NCBI GenBank assembly: GCA_965226555.1
Contig: CBDDDG010000014.1
Coordinates: 201,236-265,235, forward strand
Length of the DNA: 64,000 nt
Origin: Salinispira sp.
GTDB taxonomy: Bacteria; Spirochaetota; Spirochaetia; DSM-27196; Salinispiraceae
Reading direction: 5' to 3'
Positions 8,988 to 18,865 of the stretch are shown here, piece after piece (the first letter of the stretch is position 1; every line of letters begins with the position of its first letter). The translations under genes were made by a program, and so were the position numbers. The notes under the pieces are model-generated. The model was not told where the DNA came from, ran no database searches, and saw nothing but the letters and a program-made list of their open reading frames with translations.

Positions 8988-10544
8988 TTAACGAGTAAAA
9001 CGATTGTCAATATATTGTCTGCAGAGGTCAATTGCCGTTTCAATACTAATGTGTTCCCTGCTTTCTCTGTTTATGAGATCCCGGTAGTTAAGCAGATTTT
9101 CGGCAATTTCTGTTTCACCTGCAATAATTCCGAGGGGAATGTGTTTTTTTTCCGCATAGGCGAATTGCTGCGCCAACTTACGCTGAACCGGATATATCTC
9201 TGTGTTGAGGCCTGCTTTTCGAAATTGGCGGGCAAGGGCAGTGTACCAAGCGAGGTGCTGTTCGCCCAACATACATATGAGCACATCCGCTGAACGGGCG
9301 CCAAAAAATGCCTGAGCCGCAATCCCACTTCCGGCATCGGACTTTGCGGACAGTTCGCCCATCGCTGCGATGAGCCGGTCAAGACCGATAGAGCTCCCCA
9401 CACCGGGAAGAGGAGTTTTTGTGTATAATGATGCCAGATCATTGTAACGTCCGCCTGAACAGACCGAACCGATCTCCGGCAGATCCGTAAGAAATGTTTC
9501 ATACACAATGCCGGTATAATAGTCCAGCCCGCGGGTAATTGATGGGTCAATGAGAATGTGCTGTGCGAGCGCGCCGTTGCCGCCCGCGTCCGCGCTTTCT
9601 TTGGCGCCGCCGCCCGCGTCCGCTCCGCCCGCGCTTTCAGCGTCTTCTTTGGCAAGTTTCAGAATGCTGCGCATTCGCAGGCTGTCATCCGATTCACCGC
9701 CCGATAATTCTTCCATGCGGGCAAGAGTCCGTTCATTCCCGTCCGCGCCAGCAGCGCCCTGCCCAGTCGCTCCCGCGTCCGCGCCGCCCGAGTCCGCGCC
9801 GCCCGAGTCCGCGCCGCCCGAGTCCGCGCCGCCCCCACCAGCAACAGCGCCCCCGGCAGCAACAGCGCCCCCTGCAGCGCCTGCATCAGCCTGAATAAAC
9901 TCAAGAATTTCAGCGGCAGCCTTTGTGTTTGTAATTGCGCTTAACAGTTCCCGTGTCTTATCCGCTCCAATTTTTGCCAGCTTATCCACTGCCCTGAGCA
10001 CCCCGGCATGATCATCCGCATCAATTTTTTTCAGGAAACGGTTAAACATTCCCCGGTGGCTTATGCGGAAATGCGCCCTCCGCAGCCCCAATGCGCGAAA
10101 CGATTCATACATGAGCTGAAGAATCTCAAAATCGGCTGCCGCGCTGTCGGCACCGACAATATCAAAATCGCACTGAATAAATTCACGATACCTGCCCCGC
10201 TGAGGATTCTCGCCCCGAAAAACCTTGGCAAAATGATACCGGCGAAAGGGCAGGTAAAGCTCATTCAGGTGCAGCGCCATATAACGGGCAAGCGGAACGG
10301 TAAGATCAAAACGCATGGCAATGTCGCGCCTGCCGCGGTCTTCAAAGCGGTATATTTGCTTGTCGGTTTCGCCTCCGCCCTTACCGAGGAGAACCTCGCT
10401 GTACTCAAGAATTGGCGTGTCGATGGGCACAAAGCCAAATCTCCGGCAGGTATCTTCGAGCGCGCGCAAAATCTGATGCCTGAAAAGCTCCTGATCAGGC
10501 AGCATATCTCTGAAACCCTTCAGGATTTGGGGGGTAATTATCAT
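8988..10544 (-). CDS. hisS: Histidine--tRNA ligase with Gly/Ala-rich insertions
   Basis: KGFRD, RFDLTVP, GRYREFIQCDFD, RGLDYYTG and GGRY motifs. Confidence 0.97.
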   Translation of the reverse strand: MIITPQILKGFRDMLPDQELFRHQILRALEDTCRRFGFVPIDTPILEYSEVLLGKGGGETDKQIYRFEDRGRRDIAMRFDLTVPLARYMALHLNELYLPFRRYHFAKVFRGENPQRGRYREFIQCDFDIVGADSAAADFEILQLMYESFRALGLRRAHFRISHRGMFNRFLKKIDADDHAGVLRAVDKLAKIGADKTRELLSAITNTKAAAEILEFIQADAGAAGGAVAAGGAVAGGGGADSGGADSGGADSGGADAGATGQGAAGADGNERTLARMEELSGGESDDSLRMRSILKLAKEDAESAGGADAGGGAKESADAGGNGALAQHILIDPSITRGLDYYTGIVYETFLTDLPEIGSVCSGGRYNDLASLYTKTPLPGVGSSIGLDRLIAAMGELSAKSDAGSGIAAQAFFGARSADVLICMLGEQHLAWYTALARQFRKAGLNTEIYPVQRKLAQQFAYAEKKHIPLGIIAGETEIAENLLNYRDLINRESREHISIETAIDLCRQYIDNRFTR

Positions 10545-10766
10545 GAATTGGAGTCTACCGGAAGCCCGACTATTTGTACAGATGAGAAATTTTTGATTTT
10601 TGCAAAAAATTTCTCATTTTATCATTCAGCATTCATATTTATCCCGTTATATAGGTAGGAACTTTTGTATAAAGCACAATTTTCCAATAATATGATAGAA
10701 ACTTTTGCATTGATAAAGTTTGGATCATGAAATGGTTTATGAAAAACACATAAGGGGGAGAGGCAG

Positions 10767-11687
10767 ATGAACAATGAGTGTATTCTATTGAATGAAGATA
10801 CGTATGAAGCGCTCAAAAAGATAGAAGATAAGAGGTTTGATTTAGTTATAACATCACCTCCGTATAATGTCGGTAAAGAATATGAAACAAAAAAATCCAT
10901 TGAGGAATATTTAAAGTCTCACAAAAGAGTTATACGTGAACTTGTTCGTGTTGTCAGTGATAAAGGACATATTTGCTGGCAAGTAGGAAACTATGTAGAA
11001 AAGGGTGAAGTTTTTCCGCTGGATATATTCTATTATCAGATTTTCAAAGAATTTAATGTGAAATTGAGAAATAGAATTATCTGGACATTCGGACATGGAC
11101 TTCACGCATCAAAGAGATTTTCAGGAAGATACGAAACAATTTTATGGTTTTCTAAAAATGATAATTATATATTCAATTTAGATTCTGTGAGAGTTCCATC
11201 AAAATATCCTGGCAAGAGACACTATAAAGGTGAGAAAAAAGGGCAGTTGTCAGGAAATCCCTTAGGAAAAAATCCTTCTGATATGTGGCATATTATAGAA
11301 AAGGATTGGACGAATGAAATATGGAACATTCCTAATGTAAAATTTAATCATCCGGAAAAAACGGAACATCCCTGTCAGTACCCTGTTGAATTAGTAGAAC
11401 GCTGTATTCTCGCTTTGACACATAAGGACAGTTGGATTTTAGACCCCTATTCCGGTGTCGGTTCTACTGTTATAGCAGGTCTGAAAAATGGAAGAAATGT
11501 CATAGGAATTGATAAGGAAAAGAAATATACTGAAATAACGAATGAAAGAATTACCCGTTTAGAACAAGGTACACTAAAATTGCGTCCAATAACCAAGAAC
11601 GTGTATCAACCAACAGGAGCTGAAAAAATTTCCCGGTATCCGGAAGAGTGGAGACAAGATATAAAAGATGAAAATAAGCCCGTGTGA
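10767..11687 (+). CDS. Site-specific DNA methyltransferase (N4/N6, beta class, SPPY)
   Basis: TSPPYN, HPCQYP and LDPYSGVGST motifs; the last codons come from the IS982 IR. Confidence 0.92.
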   Translation: MNNECILLNEDTYEALKKIEDKRFDLVITSPPYNVGKEYETKKSIEEYLKSHKRVIRELVRVVSDKGHICWQVGNYVEKGEVFPLDIFYYQIFKEFNVKLRNRIIWTFGHGLHASKRFSGRYETILWFSKNDNYIFNLDSVRVPSKYPGKRHYKGEKKGQLSGNPLGKNPSDMWHIIEKDWTNEIWNIPNVKFNHPEKTEHPCQYPVELVERCILALTHKDSWILDPYSGVGSTVIAGLKNGRNVIGIDKEKKYTEITNERITRLEQGTLKLRPITKNVYQPTGAEKISRYPEEWRQDIKDENKPV

Positions 11688-12671
11688 GGGTTTTTTGTGT
11701 AGTGGCTTGAAAAAAGAGCACCCCTTCCCGTAAAGTATTAAAAAAACCTTACACCAAACGGGAGGGAAAGGTGCTCAGAGAGGATTTTATCATAGAAATA
11801 TTCTGTATGATAAGTGATTGGATGAAAATGAATAAAAATAGTATGGAACGGTTGCGATCACGCGGGCCGAAACCAAAACTTGGCGATGATGAGGTGTTAA
11901 CCATGGGAATTGTTGGTGAGTTTTTCGGTATTGATACCGACAAAGGTATTCATCGGTATTTTGTCGAGCATTGGAGAACTCTCTTTCCACATATTGGACA
12001 TCGGACGGCCTATGTCCGTCAATCAGCGCATCTCTGGGGGATTAAACAGGAACTTCACAAATACATCACGCAAACATTGATCTCACAGAGTGCTCCGGTC
12101 TATTGCGTTGACGGATTTCCTCTGCCCCTGTGTAATTTCCGCAGAGCGAATCGTTGCAGACTATTCAAAGGTCAGGCATCGTATGGATTTTGCGCGGCAA
12201 AAAACATGCATTATTATGGGTTTAAGGGACATATTCTGATAACCGCCGATGGGCTGATTATCGACTATACTCTTACCCCTGCGAATGTCGATGAGAGAGA
12301 AGCGGCGGAAGATTTCTGTAACAGTATGCAGGGAATACTTTTAGGCGATAAGGGATACATTGGCAAAGCGCCGTTCTTTGCGGAACACAATATCGCACTT
12401 GAAACACCCGTGAGAAAAAATATGAAACAGATACACAGCCCTGAGCAGATGAGCTGGATGATGAATACCCGAAGAATAATTGAAACGGTTATCAGCCAGT
12501 TATCAGAACGATTTCATATTCAAAAAATACGGGCGCGGGATATATGGCATTTCACATCCCGATTATGGAGAAAACTCCTCGCTCACACTATGGCAGTGTA
12601 TTTGTGTAAAAAGCATTGCAATTCATGGTTAGAATTTAGACATTTATGCGGTTAAAACCCTCACACGGGCT
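11677..12671 (+). mobile_element. IS982-family element
   Basis: 18-bp TIRs AGCCCGTGTGAGGGTTTT / AAAACCCTCACACGGGCT; 6-bp TSD AAAATA. Confidence 0.9.
11771..12655 (+). CDS. IS982-family DDE transposase
   Basis: VDGFP, YYGFKGH, GDKGYI and RRIIETVISQL motifs. Confidence 0.92.
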   Translation: MLREDFIIEIFCMISDWMKMNKNSMERLRSRGPKPKLGDDEVLTMGIVGEFFGIDTDKGIHRYFVEHWRTLFPHIGHRTAYVRQSAHLWGIKQELHKYITQTLISQSAPVYCVDGFPLPLCNFRRANRCRLFKGQASYGFCAAKNMHYYGFKGHILITADGLIIDYTLTPANVDEREAAEDFCNSMQGILLGDKGYIGKAPFFAEHNIALETPVRKNMKQIHSPEQMSWMMNTRRIIETVISQLSERFHIQKIRARDIWHFTSRLWRKLLAHTMAVYLCKKHCNSWLEFRHLCG

Positions 12672-13352
12672 AAAATAGAGAAAACATACTCACACCTAAA
12701 CGGTGAATAATTTCTGTTAGTTCATAAAAAGAAACTGTATGATGAACTTATGGAAGTTATTTCCTTAGTTAGTGCAAAAAAATGTAGAACAAAAACCAGT
12801 AAGGAAATAAAGAGAAGGGGTCAAAAATTATATAGCCCCATCAGTTTGAATAAAGAGTTTAACCGATTGTTTCGTGAAAGAAAATGGTACGAAGACAGAT
12901 ACAACTATCAGATAACTCTTAATCGGGAATTGATTGAGCAATCAATTCTCATGTCTTCAAAGGAACAAAAGGAATTTCTTGAAAGTAAGGGTGAGACGCC
13001 AATCTATTCCTATAATCAAACAGATTTTGTAAAAGATAAATTAGCAGTAGAGGTTCAGTTCGGAAAGTATGCCTTTGTCGCATTTGATTTATTTGTAAAA
13101 CATATGCTGTTCTATTCCGGTAATAAAATTGATGTAGGAATAGAAATACTTCCCACAAAAGAGATGACGAAGAAAATGTCATCCGGCATAGGATATTTTG
13201 AAGGTGAAGTATATAACCTCATGCGGCAAGGGAGAACAAGTCCGCCTGTTCCCCTGTTCATAATCGGTATTGAACCCTGAAATTATTCATATTTCAAGAA
13301 AAACCTCACACGGAGCATTGTTCCGGGGAGCATTGAGGATGATGCAAAGAAA

Positions 13353-14174
13353 TTATGTGCTGAGCATTCTCATAGTATCTGCAGGGAATTCACCGAGTTG
13401 CCCCGGCGGATTCAGGGCGTTGATAAATCCAATGAGCCAGCCGGGCTTTATATCGCGCCAGTGTAATGTCCGGGGATGGAGCAGCCCGTCCTGAATGAGC
13501 CGTTCCCGGCGGCAGCCTGCGAGGAGATAAGTATTTGGCGTGAGCAGGATATTGTCCGGGCTTCGCAGATACACATTCGTAAAGGTGCCATCGCTGAGAA
13601 AACCGTTTTTCGTTATGATGATCTCATCGCAGCGGGGAAAGCGCTTTCTCAGGTCATCAAAGACCCTCCGGTCGGCATATTTCAGCGGGTAGCATGCGGT
13701 GGGAATGTCGATTATGCCGATTGTTTTCAGTGTGCGGGGAGTAAATGGCTCGGCTGTTATGGATGATATTTTCCCGTTCCCCTCGTAGATCATACGGCAC
13801 CGCCATGTATGTTGCTCCGGCGGAATCGTCATGCCTGCCTGAGCGGCGGCCTGAGCCCGAGGCATGGCAGTATCCACGGATGCTATCAGCAGCTGAGCAA
13901 AGTCCTGAATTGTACGCGGCGATTTTTCTGCGCGGCGATTGGAAGGCGGGGTTGCGCTGCGATGATGGCGGTTAGCACCGCGATCTGGCGATTCTGCGCG
14001 ATTCACGGTTGAGAGATAGCGCGCATAGTGTTCCTCCAACAAGGGAATGTGCTCATTTCCCTGAACAAGAATGGTTTCAATAAACTTTTGCATTGATAAG
14101 GTTTTTCCGGTAACATCCTTCCCGGGCGAATCCGGTATCATAGGGTTGTCCTTTCGGGTGTTAGTATAAGCCAT
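13353..14174 (-). CDS. pabC: Aminotransferase class IV / aminodeoxychorismate lyase-like
   Basis: FIETI...HYAR, YPLKYADR, DEIIITKNG, TNV and LLAGCRR motifs; near pabB; start uncertain. Confidence 0.75.
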   Translation of the reverse strand: MAYTNTRKDNPMIPDSPGKDVTGKTLSMQKFIETILVQGNEHIPLLEEHYARYLSTVNRAESPDRGANRHHRSATPPSNRRAEKSPRTIQDFAQLLIASVDTAMPRAQAAAQAGMTIPPEQHTWRCRMIYEGNGKISSITAEPFTPRTLKTIGIIDIPTACYPLKYADRRVFDDLRKRFPRCDEIIITKNGFLSDGTFTNVYLRSPDNILLTPNTYLLAGCRRERLIQDGLLHPRTLHWRDIKPGWLIGFINALNPPGQLGEFPADTMRMLST

Positions 14175-14335
14175 TTTAGCTTAACATTATGCGTCAAACG
14201 GTTTCTGCAATATTCATGAAAACTTTTTCTTTCTGATGTGTTTGTATTGATTTTTATAACCGCATATATGTATATTTAAGCAAGTTATCATAACTCATCC
14301 CTTTTCCAATTTTAGAAAAAAAAGGAGAAGTAGTT

Positions 14336-14398
14336 ATGAATGACGTTACTTTAACGTTATTGCTACTAATTATACTAGTAGTGGTAATGAAAATATGA
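14336..14398 (+). CDS. 20-aa hydrophobic peptide MNDVTLTLLLLIILVVVMKI (candidate type I toxin)
   Basis: SD AAGGAG 8 nt upstream; single TM segment; the RBS lies in a potential hairpin. Confidence 0.55.
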   Translation: MNDVTLTLLLLIILVVVMKI

Positions 14399-14647
14399 AT
14401 CTATGCCTTGAGCATGATAATTGATTGAAAGCATGCTCCAATGCATGCAGAAACTTAGAAAACTTTTGCTCCATGCAAAGGTAACACCACAGATAATATA
14501 AAGATAATTTTTTCCAATACTACAAATGAAATGAAGAGAAGGTTTTGCATTTTACAAACCTTTCTACAAAATGAGAGAATGCAAAGCAATGAGCATTCGT
14601 GAATATTGATTTAATAAGTTTTGCCTATTGTTGGCAAACAAGATGAC

Positions 14648-14680
14648 AAATCCGCCTTCCTTCAAGATGGCGGATTTTTT
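14648..14680 (+). terminator. Rho-independent terminator-like hairpin
   Basis: AAATCCGCC-N12-GGCGGATTTTTT. Confidence 0.6.
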
Positions 14681-14845
14681 AATCCTCAGCCTTTAGTCCG
14701 TGGAGTGATTCATGCCCTACAAAGTGTGGAGTACTGGTATTGCTCCCAGTACATAAAAATGCCCTCGGAATGTCTCAGGAGGTTTTCACTTCGGTTTGTT
14801 TTCCGTTCAGTCCTCTATTTCTGATTGTACTGTGCCATATTCGTT

Positions 14846-15064
14846 TTAACATTCTACAGAAACACCTTCTGTAACAATCTGGGTGTAATGCATTTGTAAC
14901 CGATACTTTCGCCCATCCTCCTTCTCATGCCATACTACTGATACCATGTCGCCACTTATATTTTCTATCTTACATGGCCTAAATCCGATTGTTGGAATAC
15001 ATAAATTTATACAATCACCCAGTTCTTCTTTTGCCTTAAGATACACAATAAACGCTTTTTTCAT
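14846..15064 (-). CDS. Small hypothetical protein (72 aa)
   Basis: SD AGGAG upstream; beta-rich composition. Confidence 0.55.
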   Translation of the reverse strand: MKKAFIVYLKAKEELGDCINLCIPTIGFRPCKIENISGDMVSVVWHEKEDGRKYRLQMHYTQIVTEGVSVEC

Positions 15065-15220
15065 AATTTTCTCCTATAAAAGGTCAATTATTATACATAA
15101 AGGGAAGCTCTGGAAACACGGGTATTTCACACTGCATAGCGGAAATAGCGTTTTTTTAAGCTCCACTGTGCTATAGTATCGTCAAAAAATTCGTTTGTGT
15201 CAAGCACTTTTTCTCTTTTG

Positions 15221-16477
15221 TGTGGGATATAAACCTTTGAGCTGACCCCTCCTCCCCAGTGTAAAACGAAGGTTATTCGTATACACTGGGGGTTGTATAA
15301 AACATAAAAGGAGGGAAACAGTGAACAGCAGTATCACATATTCTCAGTATCATCTCAAGTCTCGGAAGTATCAGGCGGCTTCGATGTATGATTGGCGGTT
15401 GCGGATGGTTCGGTATGCCCAAGAGCATTCGATCAAGGCGGCGGTTAGAGAGTTCGAGGTGTCGCGCAACACGGTGCGGAGGTGGGTTCGGCGCTTTGAA
15501 ATCCGGCGAGGGTCTTGAAGACAAGAAGCGGGGCACGACCAATCATCCGATGAAGATGAAATTCGGGCACCGGTGTCATCTGGAGAGTCTTGTCCAGACC
15601 AAGGTGCAGAATCACAACAAAATCATTGGAACTCAGGTGCAAAAGCAGTTGCAGACGGAAGTTGGCGGGAAGTACAGCCTGCCGACGATTATCAAGACGC
15701 TAAAGCAGATAGGGGCGCGGAAAACAAAGAAGCCGAAGGCGCTACCCAAGAGAGATTTGCGGGAGGTAACCGACAGGATGAAGTTTGGCGAGTGCATTCA
15801 GATTGATATCAAGTATCTGACGGACATTCCCGCTATGCGGTTTTCTCAGAAGTGTTTAGACGTTCCGAAGTACCAGATAACTGCCCGGGATCGGGCGACA
15901 GGGGCTCTGTGGTACGCCTTTGCCAATGAGAAGAGCAGTATGGTAACAACCTTGTTCGCCGAGTACCTGCTGGAGCACCTGCGGAATCATGACGGAGACC
16001 TTGCCAAGGACATAACGGTTCAGACCGATAACGGGGCAGAGTTCACCGTTCGACATCTGAGCAAAACCCGAACATCGGGGTTTGAGCAGGCGCTCATACA
16101 GGCGGGTGTCGAGTATCGGCGTATTCCGCCCGGGCATTGCACATGGAACAGTTCTGTCGAGTCCTCGCACCGGCTCATTGAGGATGAGTTCTACAGTCAG
16201 GTGATGAATCCAAAGCTCAATGAGTTTCTTAAGGAAGCCGAGGAGTATCAGATAGATTTCAATTACCGGCGGTTCAACACCTACCGCAAAGGGACTCCGC
16301 TGGATCTTTTGAGGCAGCGGAATACCGATGTGGATAGTGATATTCTCCGGCTCAAGCCGATCATAATGGAGCAACGGCTCACACGACCGACGCTTGAGCG
16401 ATGGAGGGCTTGGCACTCGGAAGAAATGATCGCATAATAGGTCAAAGTGGGGTCTGTTCAAACCTTAATATCCCAAG
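15221..16477 (+). mobile_element. IS481-like element with frameshifted DDE transposase
   Basis: Imperfect TIRs TGGGATATAAACCTTTGAGCTGACCCC / GGGGTCTGTTCAAACCTTAATATCCCA; HTH ORF 15321..15518 and integrase core (QIDIKY, TDNGAEF, VESSHR) to 16437 in another frame. Confidence 0.8.
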
Positions 16478-16636
16478 ATAATAAATTTACTATCCTTCTT
16501 TTTGTTTTCATTCTTTCTGTATAAATGATAGTGGCGGGTTCTGTCAAACGGTCAATGTGGCGCGCTTATGGTTTATTTTCCACTGTGGCGTCAAAAAGGA
16601 CTTGAAATTATTCAATTATAGTATGATATTATAAGC

Positions 16637-17197
16637 ATGGAAACTCTTAGCATTATCCAGCTCATGTTCGCATTTGGAGTTTTTACACTGCTGAACATAG
16701 TAATTGCTCTTATTATACGGCCGTCTCAAAAGCAGTTTGATGAAACCCGGGCGGAAAACAGGGAATCCATACAGGAATTGAAAACAGAAAACCGAGAATT
16801 CAGGGAAACAATACAGGAATCTCTGAAGCTGTCTCAAAAGCAGTTTGATGAAACCCGGGCGGAAAACAGGGAATCCATACAGGAATTGAAAACAGAAAAC
16901 CGAGAATTCAGGGAAACAATACAGGAATCTCTGAAGCTGTCTCAAAAGCAGTTTGACGATTTCAAAACAGAAACCAGAGAATCCATACAGGAATTTAAAA
17001 CAGACACCAGAGAATCCATACAGGAATTTAAAACAGAAACCAAAGAATCCATACAGGAATCTCAAAAGCAGTTTGATGATTTCAAAACAGAAACCAGAGA
17101 ATCCATACAGGAAATAAAAGGGGAAATGCGCGATCTAAAGGCCGACAACCGAGACATTAAACGTGGTCTGGATCATCTTATAGAAACTTTTGCATAG
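16637..17197 (+). CDS. Membrane-anchored coiled-coil repeat protein
   Basis: N-terminal TM segment; 99-bp tandem duplication plus 33-bp RESIQEFKTET units; the stop lies in a P element. Confidence 0.75.
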   Translation: METLSIIQLMFAFGVFTLLNIVIALIIRPSQKQFDETRAENRESIQELKTENREFRETIQESLKLSQKQFDETRAENRESIQELKTENREFRETIQESLKLSQKQFDDFKTETRESIQEFKTDTRESIQEFKTETKESIQESQKQFDDFKTETRESIQEIKGEMRDLKADNRDIKRGLDHLIETFA

Positions 17198-17475
17198 GAA
17201 AATTGCGCTTGCGCAATTTCCAGTAGCAAAAGTTTCCAATGAGGATTCTCTCATTCATATTCTTGATTCTCCCAAGGTATGGAGAGTTTTGCCTCCGGCA
17301 AAACTTTGTCATGTTTTCATTAATTGCCCGTACTGACCATGAGCTTCAACTTTCGGGAGAAATTCACCATCCGCCGAAGAAAAAATCAGAAAGGGTATCC
17401 GGGTAAATAAAACAACAATTATAGAAACTTTTGCATTGGAAAATTGTGCTTGCACAATTTCCAGTAGCCAAAATT
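17180..17475. repeat. Family P palindromic modules
   Basis: GGAAAATTGCGCTTGCGCAATTTCCAGTAGC (compensatory variant), AATGAGGATTCTCTCATT, GTTTTGCCTCCGGCAAAAC; second copy at 17425-17475. Confidence 0.85.
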
Positions 17476-17497
17476 TCTCCCTGAATGAGACGAAACA

Positions 17498-18847
17498 TTA
17501 ACCGCCGCCCCGTATGTGTGGGAATACTGGCAGGGAAATTTTGTTCTTGAGTTCTTCATACTCCTCTTTCTCATTGCTGTACACTGTTATGCCGCCGCCG
17601 CTTCGGAAAAAATAACGCAGGGGCTGCCGCGCCCCGAGCTGTTGCCGCGCATCTGCTTGTGCTACCCCGGGCTGCCGCGCATCTGCTTGTGCTGCCCCGA
17701 GCTGTTGCCGCGCATCTGCTTGTGCTGCCCCGGGCTGTTGCCGCGCATCTGCTTGCACTGCCTCGGGCTGCAGCCCCCCAAGCTGCTGCCGCGCCTCAAT
17801 AAAACGGATAAGGACAGTCGATTCCAGTTCTTTTCCATCAAATATACCGGCAACACCGCAGTAGTAGTTTCGGGGAGCAAGCAGGGAATCGGTGGTTATT
17901 TTTGCTTCGGCATCTCTGATAATACGGCAGGTTTCACGTTTCGGCGCGCCGCTTACTGAGCCGGCAGGGAGAAGTTCCGCAAATATATCACCGATATGAT
18001 CTTTCCAGTTAGGGGGAAGGTCGGCACGTATGCGGCTCGATACCTGCAGAAGTTTTTTTCCGTACAATTGAATAAGGCTCACTGCGCGGAATTCTTCAAC
18101 CGCTATGTTGCTGCCGACCCTGCCGAGATCATTACGAAGAAGATCGACAACGGTAATGTGTTCGGCATGCTCTTTTTCATTATTCAGAAGCGCACGTTTT
18201 GCATCATCTACAGTACCGCCCCCGGTAAACACGGCGCTCCCCTTTATCGGGAAGGTATAGATTTTATTTCGGAAAGTACGCACAAATGTCTCAGGGCTGA
18301 AAACCAGTATCTCCGTGGGCAGCCGAATGTCTTTTGGAGCTTCGGAAGATTTTGTGAGCAGATGGGGCTTCATCCACAGCACATATGGGGCATTGAGAAA
18401 GGGCAGATACTGCCGCAACGGCGATGCCCGATCAGCCGAGCCCGCGCCATCCGTTGCGCCCGCATCCAGATAATTGAGGGAGAGCTCGGTGGGGCAGGTC
18501 AAATTTGCAAGAACAGAGTTTCCCCTTCGTTGCTCATCCTGCACATGGGCAAATCCCTTCGAATAATTCAGGCTTGATACAAATGAAGGATTTAGGGTAA
18601 TGTTTCTGTTCAGACTGTGTGAACAGAAATTGCCATGATCCCTGAAGCGGAAACAGATTGAATTGCTGTCAATTTCACTCAGGGGCTGCACGACAGGATG
18701 CTGCATTTCAAAATCGATGACAAAGAAAAAGGATTTTCTCTGTCTGCCGAGATGGTTCATTTCTGCGATCCATGTATCATTCATAGCATCAGATATGTCC
18801 GGGATCATGAAGTCTGAAAAATAACACAAACTTTTCCCTTGCTGCAA
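17498..18847 (-). CDS. pabB: Aminodeoxychorismate synthase component I with a repeat insertion
   Basis: FSPETF, KEHAEHITVVDLLRNDL, LPAGSVSGAPK and SGGGIT motifs; true start probably a little downstream. Confidence 0.88.
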   Translation of the reverse strand: MQQGKSLCYFSDFMIPDISDAMNDTWIAEMNHLGRQRKSFFFVIDFEMQHPVVQPLSEIDSNSICFRFRDHGNFCSHSLNRNITLNPSFVSSLNYSKGFAHVQDEQRRGNSVLANLTCPTELSLNYLDAGATDGAGSADRASPLRQYLPFLNAPYVLWMKPHLLTKSSEAPKDIRLPTEILVFSPETFVRTFRNKIYTFPIKGSAVFTGGGTVDDAKRALLNNEKEHAEHITVVDLLRNDLGRVGSNIAVEEFRAVSLIQLYGKKLLQVSSRIRADLPPNWKDHIGDIFAELLPAGSVSGAPKRETCRIIRDAEAKITTDSLLAPRNYYCGVAGIFDGKELESTVLIRFIEARQQLGGLQPEAVQADARQQPGAAQADARQQLGAAQADARQPGVAQADARQQLGARQPLRYFFRSGGGITVYSNEKEEYEELKNKISLPVFPHIRGGG

Positions 18848-18865
18848 GGGGTTCGCGGAGCATAT

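Larger units (their letters stand above)
11668..13280 (+). pseudogene. BglII/BstYI-family type II restriction endonuclease, disrupted
   Basis: Reconstructed start MKIEKTYSHLNGE*FLLVHK, then NQTDFVK...VEVQFGKY; IS982 inserted after codon 3 and an in-frame TAA at 12708-12710. Confidence 0.85.

Noticed and set aside
13299..13312. Possible extra IS982 inverted repeat (AAAACCTCACACGG)
   Set aside because: Short and gapped, with no TSD; could be chance
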